From Blepharisma stoltei ATCC 30299 (Eukaryota; Protista; Ciliophora): a stretch of DNA of 64,000 nt. The notes beneath the pieces were generated by a model, which was given only the letters and a program-made list of their open reading frames with translations, had not been told where the DNA came from and did no database searches. Below, in pieces: positions 20,763-32,630 of the stretch. The position numbers were made by a program, and so were the translations under genes. The first letter of the stretch is position 1. Every line of letters starts with the position of its first letter. The DNA lies in the NCBI GenBank assembly GCA_965603825.1, contig CBFDEM010000062.1, forward strand, positions 62,001 through 126,000, written 5' to 3'.

Positions 20763-23054
20763 CTAGAGTTTTATTCCTTTTAATTTTCCTTCATCTTGCC
20801 TAGTCCGAATATATTTATTTGTATTCGCTAAATAAACTTTAACGTCTTGGCTTATTTCACTTCCTAATTTTTTGACCCCACTGTTGATCTCAGAAATCAA
20901 GCTATTTATTGCATCAAATTCAATGCTAGGGACGTCCTTCAGTAGAAAACCAACATATTTATTCAAAGTGTCAATAAGAAGCATAAGCTGTTCATTGGTC
21001 GTTCCCAGATGTTCTGCACATTTTTCAGCCTTTTTAAGATAATGGAGGACTCTTTGGTCATTTCTTATTGACTCAGTCCAAAATAGATCTGTAGCTTGCA
21101 AAGCACCACGGATTTCTCCAGTCTTTGTAGGCTGCTTATGAGCATATTGTGCTGTATTATGGACTAGTGTCTCTGAGTTTTCTTCTTCAAAACAGTTCAC
21201 ATACGCTAATGTTGACAGGGCAATTGTAATAGCGTTGGCCTTTACGTCTGCATCTGACAGTTCATCTTGGTACAAAATCAAAGCTTGAGAAATAAATTCA
21301 TAAGCAATTTCTTCATGTGTTTTTTCAGGGTCATGATTATGAATACACAACGCACACTGCAAGCTTAGCTTAAGCCCGAGCTCAGGACTGACTTCTATAA
21401 CTTTATTAACGATTTGTAATAAAATCTTCAAAATGTGATGAAAAGTAATTTCTGAGTCTCCGCTATCAAGATTAGGGACTAATTTGATATATTTAAAAAG
21501 CAAAGCTGGGTAAGTGTATTTAATTCTCCTATTCCCTCCTTGTGACAATTTTGACCTAAAAATATGAAGCAAATGGAATTGGGTTTTTACATCTGGGCCT
21601 CTGATCATAGAAATAATTTTGGCGACTCCTTGCTGCTCGTCTTCAAATTCATAAGCTTCAGATTCTGTAGTATCTTTAGCATCTACCAATAATGAGGAAA
21701 TATACGTAATTAATTTTTCAATAGTATCAGCATCACTAAGCTCCACTTTATTGGCCACAATAGATTGGACTATTTTGAAGGAGACTTGTTTTCGTGCCTG
21801 GAACTGCAGATAGCTCATTAATTTTGGATAATTACTCATAGAGAGGATTGCAATTGATAGAGACTCTAAAGGATGGGTCAGTAGTTTCACTATACATTTT
21901 AAGGATTCTTGGTCAAGTCTGCCATCAGATTGATTTTTTTCTATTAGGGTAATGCAGGAGTCCAATATCATATTGACATAATTGATATTGTCTGGGTAAC
22001 ATTTTAAGGAAAGACGCAAAAATGCAGCGTTGAGCTCTAAGAATTTTGCAGTGTCGGCTGGGTTGCTTTGCTCTTGGATGATTTTGTCGATATAATTTTT
22101 AATCAGCTCAAAAATGTTGACCCTTTGGACGATTTCTAAGTCGGATTCTTTGGCGAAGTCAGAAATCCTGGTAAGAAGATTGATGAAAATCCCTTTGATT
22201 TCGACTGCTGGCTGCAGTTGGGTGCAGGCTTCAAGCAAAGGTTCAAGAGTATGCAGGTGATAATCGTCTGGGAAAGCTTGAATAATGCAGTCCATGAGAT
22301 ATTGCTGTGAAATGGCGTCTTTGCTGGAGGTTACAATTTCAATGATTCGTGGTAAAACAACAGACTGGTAGAGTTCTAAATTGACTCCTTGTAAGTTGGA
22401 AAGTCTAACAATATTTTCTCCTACAGTGACTTTCAAATCACTTCTTTCTTTTTCTCTCTTTGTTTTGTCCCTTACACTTCCAGTATGTTGCATTCTTACC
22501 CAAAGTCTGTTCATCTCAGACAAATTTTGCAGTAGAAAATCAACTGAGTCTGTAACATCTCCAGAATCTTCATACTCTGAGCCTTTATCAGGCAGTTTGT
22601 CCTTGCACACTTTATTGAGATAATACCTTAAAAATAGCCCTCTCATAGGGTGTTGGACTCCTTTGGTCATTTCTATCAAATCTTTTAGGACGTCTTTAGC
22701 TGTGAGCTCGCGTGTTTTAATATAAACCGACCCAGCTGCGACTAGGAGATATAGTCTTGGCAGAATATTAGTTGTATGCTGAACTTTTTCATAGAGCTCT
22801 GAAATTTTGCCAGTCCTGCGGTGCTCTTCCATGAAATAAGACTCAAGGCGGCTCATTTGATCGAAAACTTGCATATAGAGCTCATAGTAAGCTTTTGGAG
22901 AGAGCAGAGAGGTACGAAGCTCAGATATCATGATTGATGCATGCTTAAGGACTTCTTGCATGTTAGAAGAGTCTAAAGCTTTTTGCAGCTGAAAAGCTTC
23001 TTGTTTAACGACTGCGACTGATTCTTCAAGGTACTTTTCCTGCTCTTCGTCCAT
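20763..23054 (-). CDS. VPS35: Retromer subunit VPS35
   Basis: ELRTS.LSPK.YYELY, PRLYL, GVQHP.RGLFLR, EMN.LWVR. Confidence 0.97.
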   Translation of the reverse strand: MDEEQEKYLEESVAVVKQEAFQLQKALDSSNMQEVLKHASIMISELRTSLLSPKAYYELYMQVFDQMSRLESYFMEEHRRTGKISELYEKVQHTTNILPRLYLLVAAGSVYIKTRELTAKDVLKDLIEMTKGVQHPMRGLFLRYYLNKVCKDKLPDKGSEYEDSGDVTDSVDFLLQNLSEMNRLWVRMQHTGSVRDKTKREKERSDLKVTVGENIVRLSNLQGVNLELYQSVVLPRIIEIVTSSKDAISQQYLMDCIIQAFPDDYHLHTLEPLLEACTQLQPAVEIKGIFINLLTRISDFAKESDLEIVQRVNIFELIKNYIDKIIQEQSNPADTAKFLELNAAFLRLSLKCYPDNINYVNMILDSCITLIEKNQSDGRLDQESLKCIVKLLTHPLESLSIAILSMSNYPKLMSYLQFQARKQVSFKIVQSIVANKVELSDADTIEKLITYISSLLVDAKDTTESEAYEFEDEQQGVAKIISMIRGPDVKTQFHLLHIFRSKLSQGGNRRIKYTYPALLFKYIKLVPNLDSGDSEITFHHILKILLQIVNKVIEVSPELGLKLSLQCALCIHNHDPEKTHEEIAYEFISQALILYQDELSDADVKANAITIALSTLAYVNCFEEENSETLVHNTAQYAHKQPTKTGEIRGALQATDLFWTESIRNDQRVLHYLKKAEKCAEHLGTTNEQLMLLIDTLNKYVGFLLKDVPSIEFDAINSLISEINSGVKKLGSEISQDVKVYLANTNKYIRTRQDEGKLKGIKL

Positions 23055-23666
23055 TAAATTATTATATATTTCTGGTTAGATTATAGTGGAGAGAATATTT
23101 ATTAATGCGCTGTGCATCTAAATATGGGATATTTATGTTATAATCGTAGTTAATTGATTATAAATCTATTATAATTGCTGATATGATGATTTACATATTA
23201 TATGCATAGGCAAATAGGCAAATAGTCATTTTAATTTGTAAAATCCCAAATGAAAAGTTTGAAAAATGTAAAATGTAAAATTGCTGTCTTTATATGATAA
23301 ACTTAAGGAGAAATGCTTTTCATAGAGTAAAACAAATAGCAGAAAGAGATAGAAATAGCAAAAAAATTGAATTAATTTTATTTATTTAAATGAAAAATAA
23401 TTCTAGAAAAGCATCAGATTTTAAATAGAAATAAGTGATATTTTATATAATTGAAAATCAATAAACAATGCAAAACTTAATTATTCTTTGATTTTAGTTA
23501 ATAATAAAAAGATCATGCAGGCAGCCAGAGGTTTTATTTTCAATTTGCTCCACCTCTCCCAGCCTATTCTTGCCTCAATAATAGCTAACAATCGAAAAAT
23601 CCTTTTGCTCACTTTGATTATGTATCTTTTATTAATCCACACCACACTGGTGAAAGAATTAATAAA

Positions 23667-24734
23667 ATGGAAAACCTTTTATCCAATACATCAAAGCAAA
23701 ACACCTCAAATCTCAAGCGCCCATTAGCATTATTCTCATTTTTCTGCCTTTTAATAGTTATTTTTACTATTACTTACAATTCATTCTCTAATCCCTCATC
23801 AATTTCTTTACGAAACTCAGATACCCTTCGTCAAGAATTTTTAAGCTTTATATCAAAATACAACAAAAATTATGAGCCATCAGAATATAATAAAAGATTC
23901 AAAATTTTCGTTGAGAATTTCGCATATATACGATATCATAACTTCAAAAACAAGGATTATGTATTAGGGATCAATAAATTTGCTGATTTGAGTCCAAAAG
24001 AATTTAAAGCAAAATATTTTTCATCAGATTATAATAATCCTTACCCAAAAAAATACCCAAATTTACCCAATAATTATACTTATCCTCAAGCATGTGATTG
24101 AAGAACATTAGGAGCTGTATCACCAGTGAAAGATCAAGGAGAGTGTATCAGTGACTGAGCATTTTCTGCAGCCGGTGCTGTTGAAGGTATTTGGGAAATT
24201 TCTGGGCACGAACTGTTTTCATTATCTGTTCAAGAACTAATTGACTGCTCAGGCATGTATGGAAATAATGGCTGCACTGGCGGAATTATGGACTATGGTT
24301 TTGAATATATCATAGATAATGGAATCACATCAGATGCTATATATCCTTATAAAGCTAAACAAGGGATTTGCCAAGCAGGCTTATCAAGTAATATTGCAGC
24401 CCAAATCACGAATTATTATGATCTGCCTTCAAATAATCAAGCAAATATGCTGCAAGTTGTAGCGAATCAACCTTTGTCAGTCGCGGTCGAAGCAAATCAA
24501 GCCGCTTGGCAATTTTATCAAGGCGGGATTCTGACTGGAAATTGTGGAAACGATCTTGATCATGGAGTGCTTATAGTAGGATATAATTTGTCCACTAATC
24601 CAAACTATTGGATTGTAAAAAATTCCTGGGGACCTGATTGGGGTGAATCAGGGTATATTAGAATTTTGATAAAAGGCGGCACTGGGGTTTGCGGTATTAA
24701 TATGGAAGCGTCTTATCCAGTCATAAGTAGCTAA
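23667..24734 (+). CDS. Papain/cathepsin L-like protein with catalytic Cys>Asp (355 aa)
   Basis: N-terminal TM, ERFNIN and GINKFAD prodomain, DWR..GAV.PVKDQGECISDWAFS, LDHGV, KNSWG. Confidence 0.9.
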
Positions 24735-25069
24735 ATAATTATTAATTATTTACTAATTTTTATCATTTTTAGTGTTTTATCACAAGCCATGCTTTTATAA
24801 ATAATTTTTTGTTCTCAATTTTCCTTAAACACTCAATCTCAAAGCTCCCATTAATTTTCTATTTTCAACAATCCCTTCCTCCATTTAAATATGTCATAAT
24901 ATCAGTTTTATTTCACCCTTATCAGCCCATCCAAAATGTCCAGAAATTTAAGTCTTTCCCACAGTTTTCCTCACTTTTTTCTTGGACTTTAGCTTTTTAC
25001 TGATTTTAAATTTCAGCTTATTCTTCTTTAAATTTAGTATAAAATTCTCATTTTATTAAAAATTTAAGT

Positions 25070-27055
25070 ATGAACGATAAAATCTGGAGAGTAAAGCTCT
25101 ATGAGCTCACCAAAGAAGGACAATGGGAAGACCTAGGAATAGGCGCAGCCCAAATAACAGACAACATTTTTGAAATCATCAGTGAAGATGATCACCATTT
25201 GCTTCTTGATTATCCAGTAGGAAATGAAGTGTATAAAAGGCAGGGTGACACAATTCTAACATGGACTGATAGCGACCATTGTACCTTCGCTGTGAGTTTT
25301 CAAAACCCTGCAGGAGCGCAAACCATGTGGGAATCCTTTTTATCTATCCAAGGGAAGGATATTAATGCTCAAATATTGAAAAGCGATAATGAAGCTTTGC
25401 CATACCCTAATGAAACAAATTTGCAAGAAATTATCGAAATTCTTAGCGATATTAGTGCTTCAAATAGATCAAGCAACATCCAAGGTATAATAAAAGACGG
25501 TTTTGTTAGAAAATTAAGCCATGAGTTTCAATTGTCAGTGCAGAAAAATGACAAAGAAGTTATAACACAGTTCTTTTTTGTGTATAAATTGTTGCTACAA
25601 TTCGCGAATAATTCGATTTTGCAAGAGCTGTTGAGTGATGAAAACTTTTTCTCATTTATCGGGGCAATGGATCATGACCCTGATGTGAAGTGCACACAGT
25701 ATTTGCATACGCTTACAAATGAAGTAAAATTCATAAATCCACTAAATATCACTGACACAGATTTTTTAAATAAAATCCATGCAGCTTTTAGACTTGGATT
25801 TCTTAAAGAGTCTCAGTCAGCTCGAGGGCTTGAAGAATCAGCTATTATTTTCCTTTCAAGCTACCAAATCTATTTATTCAACGAAATCATCAATCATTAT
25901 ATAGAATCAGGTAGTATCCGAGCCAATCTTATTATGAAATTAAAAGCAAAAGATTTCAATTCTTTTTATTTTCTATATGAGCTGTCAAATATTGCAAAAT
26001 CTGCTAACATGACAATAAGATCAAATTTCTATGATATTATCGCTAGCGATGATATTCTAGATATAATAGAAAACAATTGGAGCCAAAATGAATGGAATGA
26101 AGACCAAAAGGTGAAATATCGCAGTCTTGTTGCTGAAATATTTTTAGGGATCATACAGATTTCACCTTTTATTATGAAAAAATTTTTACTTAATTCCTGC
26201 AAAAAAGCCTCAGGAGTTCCATTTCTTGCAGATTTCAGTCAAGAAATAGTAAACTCGTCAGAAATAAGCTCGATACAGATAATAGGAGAATTTTTAAGAA
26301 CTTTATTAGATGGAGATGAAGACCAAGGCTCAGATTCTTTATATGAGATTTTATACGACACTGTTTTAAACGAATTTATGAAAAAATTCTCAATTGATGC
26401 CACCCAGCTTGAATCTTCAAAAAACAGTATTTTTGAAATCTTGTCAGTTTTAATTCAATGCATTCAAAGTCATAACTGCAGGATCCGGTATTTTTTAATT
26501 TTCCATCAAGTTATAGAAAAAGCCTTAAACCTCCTAGATTTTTCAGACAACTCATTAAAACTTGCTGTCTTAAAATTTTTCCGGACAGTTATAGAAAAAA
26601 ATGATAAATTTATCGATCGTTTTATTATCACTCACAACAGTTTTTCAAAAATAATTCAAGTTTTCATTAGTAACGGTGAAAAAGAAAATATGATTTTTTC
26701 ATCAATTTTAGCTATAATTGAATCACTTAAGAAGGCAAATTCCACAACTTTAATCGAGCATATCATTACCAAACACTTAGAAACCATTGAAAACAAAAAC
26801 CTTAGAAGCTGCTTTAACTGTCTAATAGACCTATTTACCCATCAGAAAAATGAAGAGCCTCGGTCTTCTCCCAAACAAAACTTAAACTCATCAGCTGAGC
26901 TTACAAGTGACGAGCAATACTCAAGTCCCAGCTGTGGCGAAAGTGATGAAGAAAATGATACAGAATTTCAGCCAACCAAGCGCAAGCATGAAGACAGTGA
27001 AGAATCAGCCCAAAAAAGATTTAAAACAGAGTTTAGTGAAGAATTTATGACATAA
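25070..27055 (+). CDS. PP4 regulatory subunit 3 (SMEK/Psy2)-like
   Basis: RVKLYEL...GQW.D.G.G EVH1-like domain, Y.RQGDTI.TW, helical body. Confidence 0.85.
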   Translation: MNDKIWRVKLYELTKEGQWEDLGIGAAQITDNIFEIISEDDHHLLLDYPVGNEVYKRQGDTILTWTDSDHCTFAVSFQNPAGAQTMWESFLSIQGKDINAQILKSDNEALPYPNETNLQEIIEILSDISASNRSSNIQGIIKDGFVRKLSHEFQLSVQKNDKEVITQFFFVYKLLLQFANNSILQELLSDENFFSFIGAMDHDPDVKCTQYLHTLTNEVKFINPLNITDTDFLNKIHAAFRLGFLKESQSARGLEESAIIFLSSYQIYLFNEIINHYIESGSIRANLIMKLKAKDFNSFYFLYELSNIAKSANMTIRSNFYDIIASDDILDIIENNWSQNEWNEDQKVKYRSLVAEIFLGIIQISPFIMKKFLLNSCKKASGVPFLADFSQEIVNSSEISSIQIIGEFLRTLLDGDEDQGSDSLYEILYDTVLNEFMKKFSIDATQLESSKNSIFEILSVLIQCIQSHNCRIRYFLIFHQVIEKALNLLDFSDNSLKLAVLKFFRTVIEKNDKFIDRFIITHNSFSKIIQVFISNGEKENMIFSSILAIIESLKKANSTTLIEHIITKHLETIENKNLRSCFNCLIDLFTHQKNEEPRSSPKQNLNSSAELTSDEQYSSPSCGESDEENDTEFQPTKRKHEDSEESAQKRFKTEFSEEFMT

Positions 27056-27086
27056 ATAATGATAAATCTAGTAATAATTTCATAAA

Positions 27087-27851
27087 ATGGTAGAGTAAGC
27101 TCTATTTAGAAATTCTGCTATATTACAATTGAGTCCAAACGTATTGACTTTTGACGTTTCTGGTAAAAAAGACTCAACAGCATCCTTAAATATAGCAAAT
27201 CCATCAGGAAGTATTTATGCTTTTAAGGTGAAAACATCTTCTCATAAAAGTTTTTTAGTTTCGCCAGCACAAGGGCTAGTGAAGCCAAATGACTCCGTTA
27301 CCTTGTCTGTCAAGCTGCTTTATTCAGATGATGTTGTCAATAAAATCCATAAATTCATGATCCAAGAGCAGAGGCTGCTTCAATTTGATCTTACAAAAGC
27401 CAATTGGGAAGACCCCAGCGTAAAGTCTCAAAAAATAGCTGGAAATGTTGTGTTTGAAAATTCTATCGATGGAGGGATTCAGTATGATGATCCACCTCAA
27501 AGAAGTCCTGGTAAGACTGTTAATGATAGCTTTAAATCTTATGATATGAATGAGAGCTTTGCCAGCATAAGAGAACCATCAGTGCTAATTCAAGAATATC
27601 CTCAGCTGCCAACAATTAATGAGCTTGAACAGTTAGAAGATCAAAAGAAGAGCCTTTCTAACAGAAGCACAGAGCTGACCAAACAAATTGACAAGCTTGA
27701 AAGAGATATTGAAAATGCAAATCATAAATTAAAATTCGCCCAAGAGACTGAGCTGTTTTATAGCCCAACTGGAGAAGGACAATGCACAATTAAACATCTC
27801 TTTATTACACTTATTATTGGGTTTATAATTGGCTATGTGTTTTTGGGATAA
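27087..27851 (+). CDS. VAP/MSP-domain tail-anchored protein
   Basis: AFKVKT...F.V.P.QG, HKFMIQ, coiled coil, C-terminal TM; intron 27095-27109. Confidence 0.85.
27095..27109 (+). other. 15-nt intron GTAAGCTCTATTTAG
   Basis: Joins ATG 27087 to the MSP frame. Confidence 0.8.
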
Positions 27852-27892
27852 TAACTAATTATAAAGTTCCCAAAATTAATAATCTTTATAAA

Positions 27893-28111
27893 ATGTCTGC
27901 TATGGAAATTGAGAGCCAGCCTGCTCCTAAGAAGGAAGAGGCTCAGCTGATTATCGAAGAAGACGAAGAATTCGAAGAGTTTGAGCTTTATAAGAATAAA
28001 GAAGAAATAAACCAAGAGGCACTAAAAGAGTGGGAAGAAGAGTGGGAAGACGATGTGATTGAAGATGACTTTGCGGCAACTTTGAGAAATGAGCTGAAAA
28101 CCCAGAATTAA
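27893..28111 (+). CDS. SEM1: DSS1/SEM1 acidic proteasome subunit
   Basis: EEDEEFEEF, WEEEWEDD..EDDF...LR.EL. Confidence 0.92.
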   Translation: MSAMEIESQPAPKKEEAQLIIEEDEEFEEFELYKNKEEINQEALKEWEEEWEDDVIEDDFAATLRNELKTQN

Positions 28112-28324
28112 ATTCCACGGCAAATTACATAAAGAAAATTATTAAAATATTTGTGGGAATCCTAATAGTTAGACAATATTAAATAATTGAGAATGCGATG
28201 CTGTGTATTTCGATAATACACAGATTTGTAAAAAATTAAATGATGCGAAAAACTCCCAAAAATGCTTTATCCTGATTAAATAAATTTTTGAATATCTTAT
28301 AATAAAGTATATTATATTTATTTT

Positions 28325-30508
28325 TTAAGCATAATTTTCTTTATATCTCATATCAGGAGTTCCGTCTAGTTTTTTCGGTCCATAAAGGTTTCCATTCCAA
28401 CTCCTTGTCTTGCTGCCTGTAAAAGTGCTTGCCCAGCTAGGGAATTTTGTATTTTCTGTCTCATTTAGAGTGCTAAAATTATATTGCGACTTATTATCAA
28501 GCCTATGCTTATAGTTAGCTCCATATCTCATATCTGGGGTCCCATCTTTTTTCTTTGGCCCTTCTAAGTTTCCATTCCATTTTCTTTTAGAACTCCCAGT
28601 AAAAGTACTAGCCCAGCCAGGAAGGTCTTCAACTTTACAATTTGGATTGCTTATAAAGGAGTATTCAAAGCTAGAGTCAAGGTCTGACTGTTCATAAAAT
28701 GAAGAATTTAGCTCAAGATCATTAAAAGTGGTATATGAAAATTTGGACTGGGGTTGATTAGTTGGCTGCTTAGTTGGGACTTCTTTAACTGCTGATGAAT
28801 TTTCATTTGAACGATATTCTTTGTTGCATGGTGTTTTAACTGGTATTTGAGACGTAAAAAGCCCAGAGAAGCTATTTTCCTCTTCAGAAGATTTATTGGT
28901 AGATTTTTGTAAAAATGAAGACTTTTGTAGAGTTTCTGCTTTATTTTTAATGTTTGATGAATTAGAAAAGGATTCAGAAATTTTGATATCATTTTGATCT
29001 GATCTTATGTTAGGATTGCTTGCTATATTTTGCTTCTTTGGCTGTGGTAAAGCTGCTTTCTTTTCAATTGGCTCAGACTTTATTAATGTTATTTTAATTC
29101 TTTCGAAGGATGGAGTGATTTCAATTGGAGATGAAGATTTTTCTATTGCTAATCTGGATTTTTTATTTTTTAATGCTGGAATTGTAATATTCTCTTGGTT
29201 TTCGAAAGTATTTGTATCAGAAAAATCATTTGTTTGGATTTCTTTTTCTTTGGTTTCTGCTTTTTTATGTGATGGTAATTTTCTTTTGAGAATTTTGGGT
29301 TTTAATTTCCTAAGACTGCTTTTGTTTGATTTTTCGTTGTTTTTTTCTCCGTGTGCTTGATTATTTATTTTATATTGAGATGAAGAAAAATCGATACTCG
29401 CAAGTGGATCAGCTTTATCTTTTGTAAGATTATGATAGTTTTCTGTATTAAAATTGCTTTCCTTTGAAGAATCTAATGGAAAATTATCATTTCTATTTTC
29501 ACTGGTAGTAGAATATCCTCCTTTTGTGCTTGTTTCAATTATTATAGGATGTATTGTGCCCTCTATTAAAATTTTTTCTTCCATTTGGATTTTTAAATCA
29601 TTTTTACAAAAATATCTGTTTCAGATTATTTTTGCAAAACAATTTGACTCTGTGAGGCTTTTTAAGCATGGAAAATACTTGGAGGCTTTGCAAGCAGATT
29701 GATAAGGATTTTTCTGTTGACCTTTTGTGCCAAGTTCAAGCATGTAAGCTAAGCAAATTAGTGATGAATTTATTAAAAACGAAGTCTCACTTCCTAAGCT
29801 TTCCAGCAAAGAATCAACCATCCCCATTTGAATTTTTTCATCGGATATATCACCAATAATTTTCGTGAAAACAGCAGCAATAGAAAATCTGTCCATCCAA
29901 TAGCTCGACTTTGCCATTGCTACTAAATCTTCCAAAATCTCTGAATTTACAATTTTCCCAACTGAAACTTCTTCATTAAAGTACAATTTGTTGATAATAT
30001 CTATTGCTGCGCTTCTAATAGTCAAATTTTCATGAGCTATTAATTTTGCTAAAGACTCAATAACTCCAGAAAAATACATGAAAACTCTGGCATCTTTGCT
30101 TATTTCTAAGATTTCTAATAAAAATTTAATAGAAATTCCGATAATTTTTTCTGAATTATGTGAGCAAAGCTTAAAAATATCTTGAAGAACTCCATTATGT
30201 ACAATAAAATCAATAGATGACTGGTTGGACTTTAAATATTGCAACAGAATGCTTAGGCTATCGAAAATAATATTTTGGTCGTTAGAATTGAGGATTAGCC
30301 TTAAAGAAGGAATGGTTTCTAGGCTCAATGAAAATTCGGGATTTTTATAGATCTTTGTGATTTCTATAAAAGCAATTGTTTTTATTGCGTTGACTTTGGT
30401 TGATTTTATTCATTTTTCTAAAATTTCAAGCTTTGAATTTAGAGGGTCTTTGATTTGATGACTTAAGGTATCTAGTGTGGCAATAGAGTTGGTTTGAGTG
30501 GAACCCAT
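28325..30508 (-). CDS. ARM-repeat (importin-alpha-like) protein with disordered linker and two DGTPDMRY repeats (727 aa)
   Basis: ATG 30508 (MGSTQT); continuous frame through TGA near 30410 and at 29621 into the 28325-29584 ORF. Confidence 0.7.
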
Positions 30509-30666
30509 TTATTTATTATTGATTAATGTTGGTATCCCCTTTATTAAAGATTAATTAATCTAATTTTTATAAAATATATCATATATTGGACTTCTATAAT
30601 AAACTAATTTCCAAGCTGTTTAAGAATAATTTGTTCTTTTAGATTCAAAATAAATAAAATTAGAAA

Positions 30667-31260
30667 ATGAATATCATAGTGTTCATTTCTCCACTCCTCA
30701 TCATAACTCTATCACAAAATATAATCACATTCGACAACTCAGTACTCTCTTTTTCCCGCGAACTTATAGGAATAGGCTTCACCAAACAGCTTTACACAAA
30801 AATTAGCTTAAAAAATCCTTCAGAAAAAGCCTTTATTACCTTGATTGAGCCAGTCCCTTATACATGATTTGTTGACCAAGAAGAGGTCCCTGATTATTTA
30901 AATCCCAAATTTAGTTCTCTAATAGACATTGAGCTGCCTTCATCCCATTCCACAAATCACACATTTACGATTAATTTAGAAATCACTGGGGATTATGAAT
31001 TTACGTATCCTATTCATATGAGATATAATGACCCTACTTATGATGTTCCTTATAAAATGATTAAACTTCCTGGACCTCAAATAAAATATAAAGAAAATCA
31101 GATTTTTACAGTCAATGATGAATTTATGGCTGAAATCCCAGTTGGCTTGACGAAACATATTCCTATTGTAGTTATGGGTACTATTTTATTAGAGATTATT
31201 GCGGTATTCTCTATAATTTTAGCAGCTAACAAATTTACTCATCATATTATCCCTAAGTAA
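30667..31260 (+). CDS. PIG-X/PBN1 GPI-mannosyltransferase subunit-like (197 aa)
   Basis: Reads through TGA 30865; FVD..E, IDIE.P, PIHMRY, IPVG, C-terminal TM. Confidence 0.75.
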
Positions 31261-31795
31261 TTAAAACCCTAAATGCAGTTTAAATTAAAATCATAAATGC
31301 TATGCAATTTTTTATCATTTCTTTACATAAAGCTATCCCAAAATAAAGATTGAAAATTCTAAATGTTAAACTTATCCGCTTCAAGGTTTTCACTTTACTA
31401 GGAAGCTTACTAACTGTTTGAGTTTCATTTCTTTAGTATAAAAGAATAAATTTTTATCTATTTCACAGTTTCCTGTTGTTTTAGCTTTAAAAATTTTTTG
31501 TTTTGAAGCTTAAAATAATTATTTCATGTATAAAATTGCATGCTTACTTGGACTCATTCTTAATATACTAGTCATGGGTATGATTTAAACTTTTTAAAAT
31601 AATTTATGATATAAAATAAATGGCTTTCTACAGTTATATTTCCATAATAGAAAATTCGAAATTATAGAACCATAAATGGCAAAATAAAATTGTGGCTTAT
31701 AATAATAAATGAAATCTTCTTGCAAGAGAAGCCACCTTCTCATAGATGCTGGTTGATAATTCATTAATCTGCATTTATGAATCCCAGTTCATGTT

Positions 31796-32113
31796 ATGAA
31801 TAAAGGATCTCATAGCCTTACTGAAATAGAACTCTGTACTTTGTGTCTAAAAAGCCCTCAAGAGCTTAAATGCATGGAATGCAATACTTGCATACGCCAT
31901 AGTTGTCTTAAAGACCATTTTATGAGTGGACGAATGCAACAGAAAATTGTAGAATTGCAAGAAAATCAGCAATCAGAGCCCTAAGAATCAAGAGAAGAGG
32001 CAAAAGTTCTAGAGAGAAAAGAAGAAAGCAACACTGACGAAAAAAAAGAGCCTGAAATTATTAAGGAATTTAGGAAGTTTACTAATTGTTTATCAGACCA
32101 ATTCTCTATATAG
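31796..32113 (+). pseudogene. Possible B-box-like gene remnant
   Basis: CxxC..CxxC..H.C..H followed by in-frame TAA at 31982, then Glu/Lys-rich coding-like sequence. Confidence 0.35.
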
Positions 32114-32630
32114 CATTAGTTTAAAGTCTTCGAGTTTTCATTAAAGTTCTCTTTTTATCAAGAGTATTTTAGGCTTTCCAATTTAGGCAGACGAAATTTC
32201 ATCTATATTATAAATCATTTTTAGAAGTATTTTGGATTCTAATGCATTTTAATACCGGTCATAAATAACTCATTTAGTCCAAATTATTTTATTAAAACAA
32301 TTAAGAACTAAGACATGCAGTAAACCTCCTTCGCCAATCTTGTATATTTAATAAAAAAATCTGTAGAAAGCTTCAGCTTTTCTAATAAATATGCTATGAA
32401 GCTAATATTTTAGATCTTTCATTCTTGATGCATAAATTTAACAGCTGTTTTTAAATAATTTCATCAGTTCAATTTTAAATTGCATTTGCGTTACAATTTA
32501 AATCTAACAAAAGCTTCAGATCTTTATAAAACCAATTATTTTCTAGAGTTTATAATCAAAATATTAAAAAAATAACTTTTTCGGCCAAAATTAAGCTATA
32601 TCTGTATCTAACCCATCATATTTATAAATA

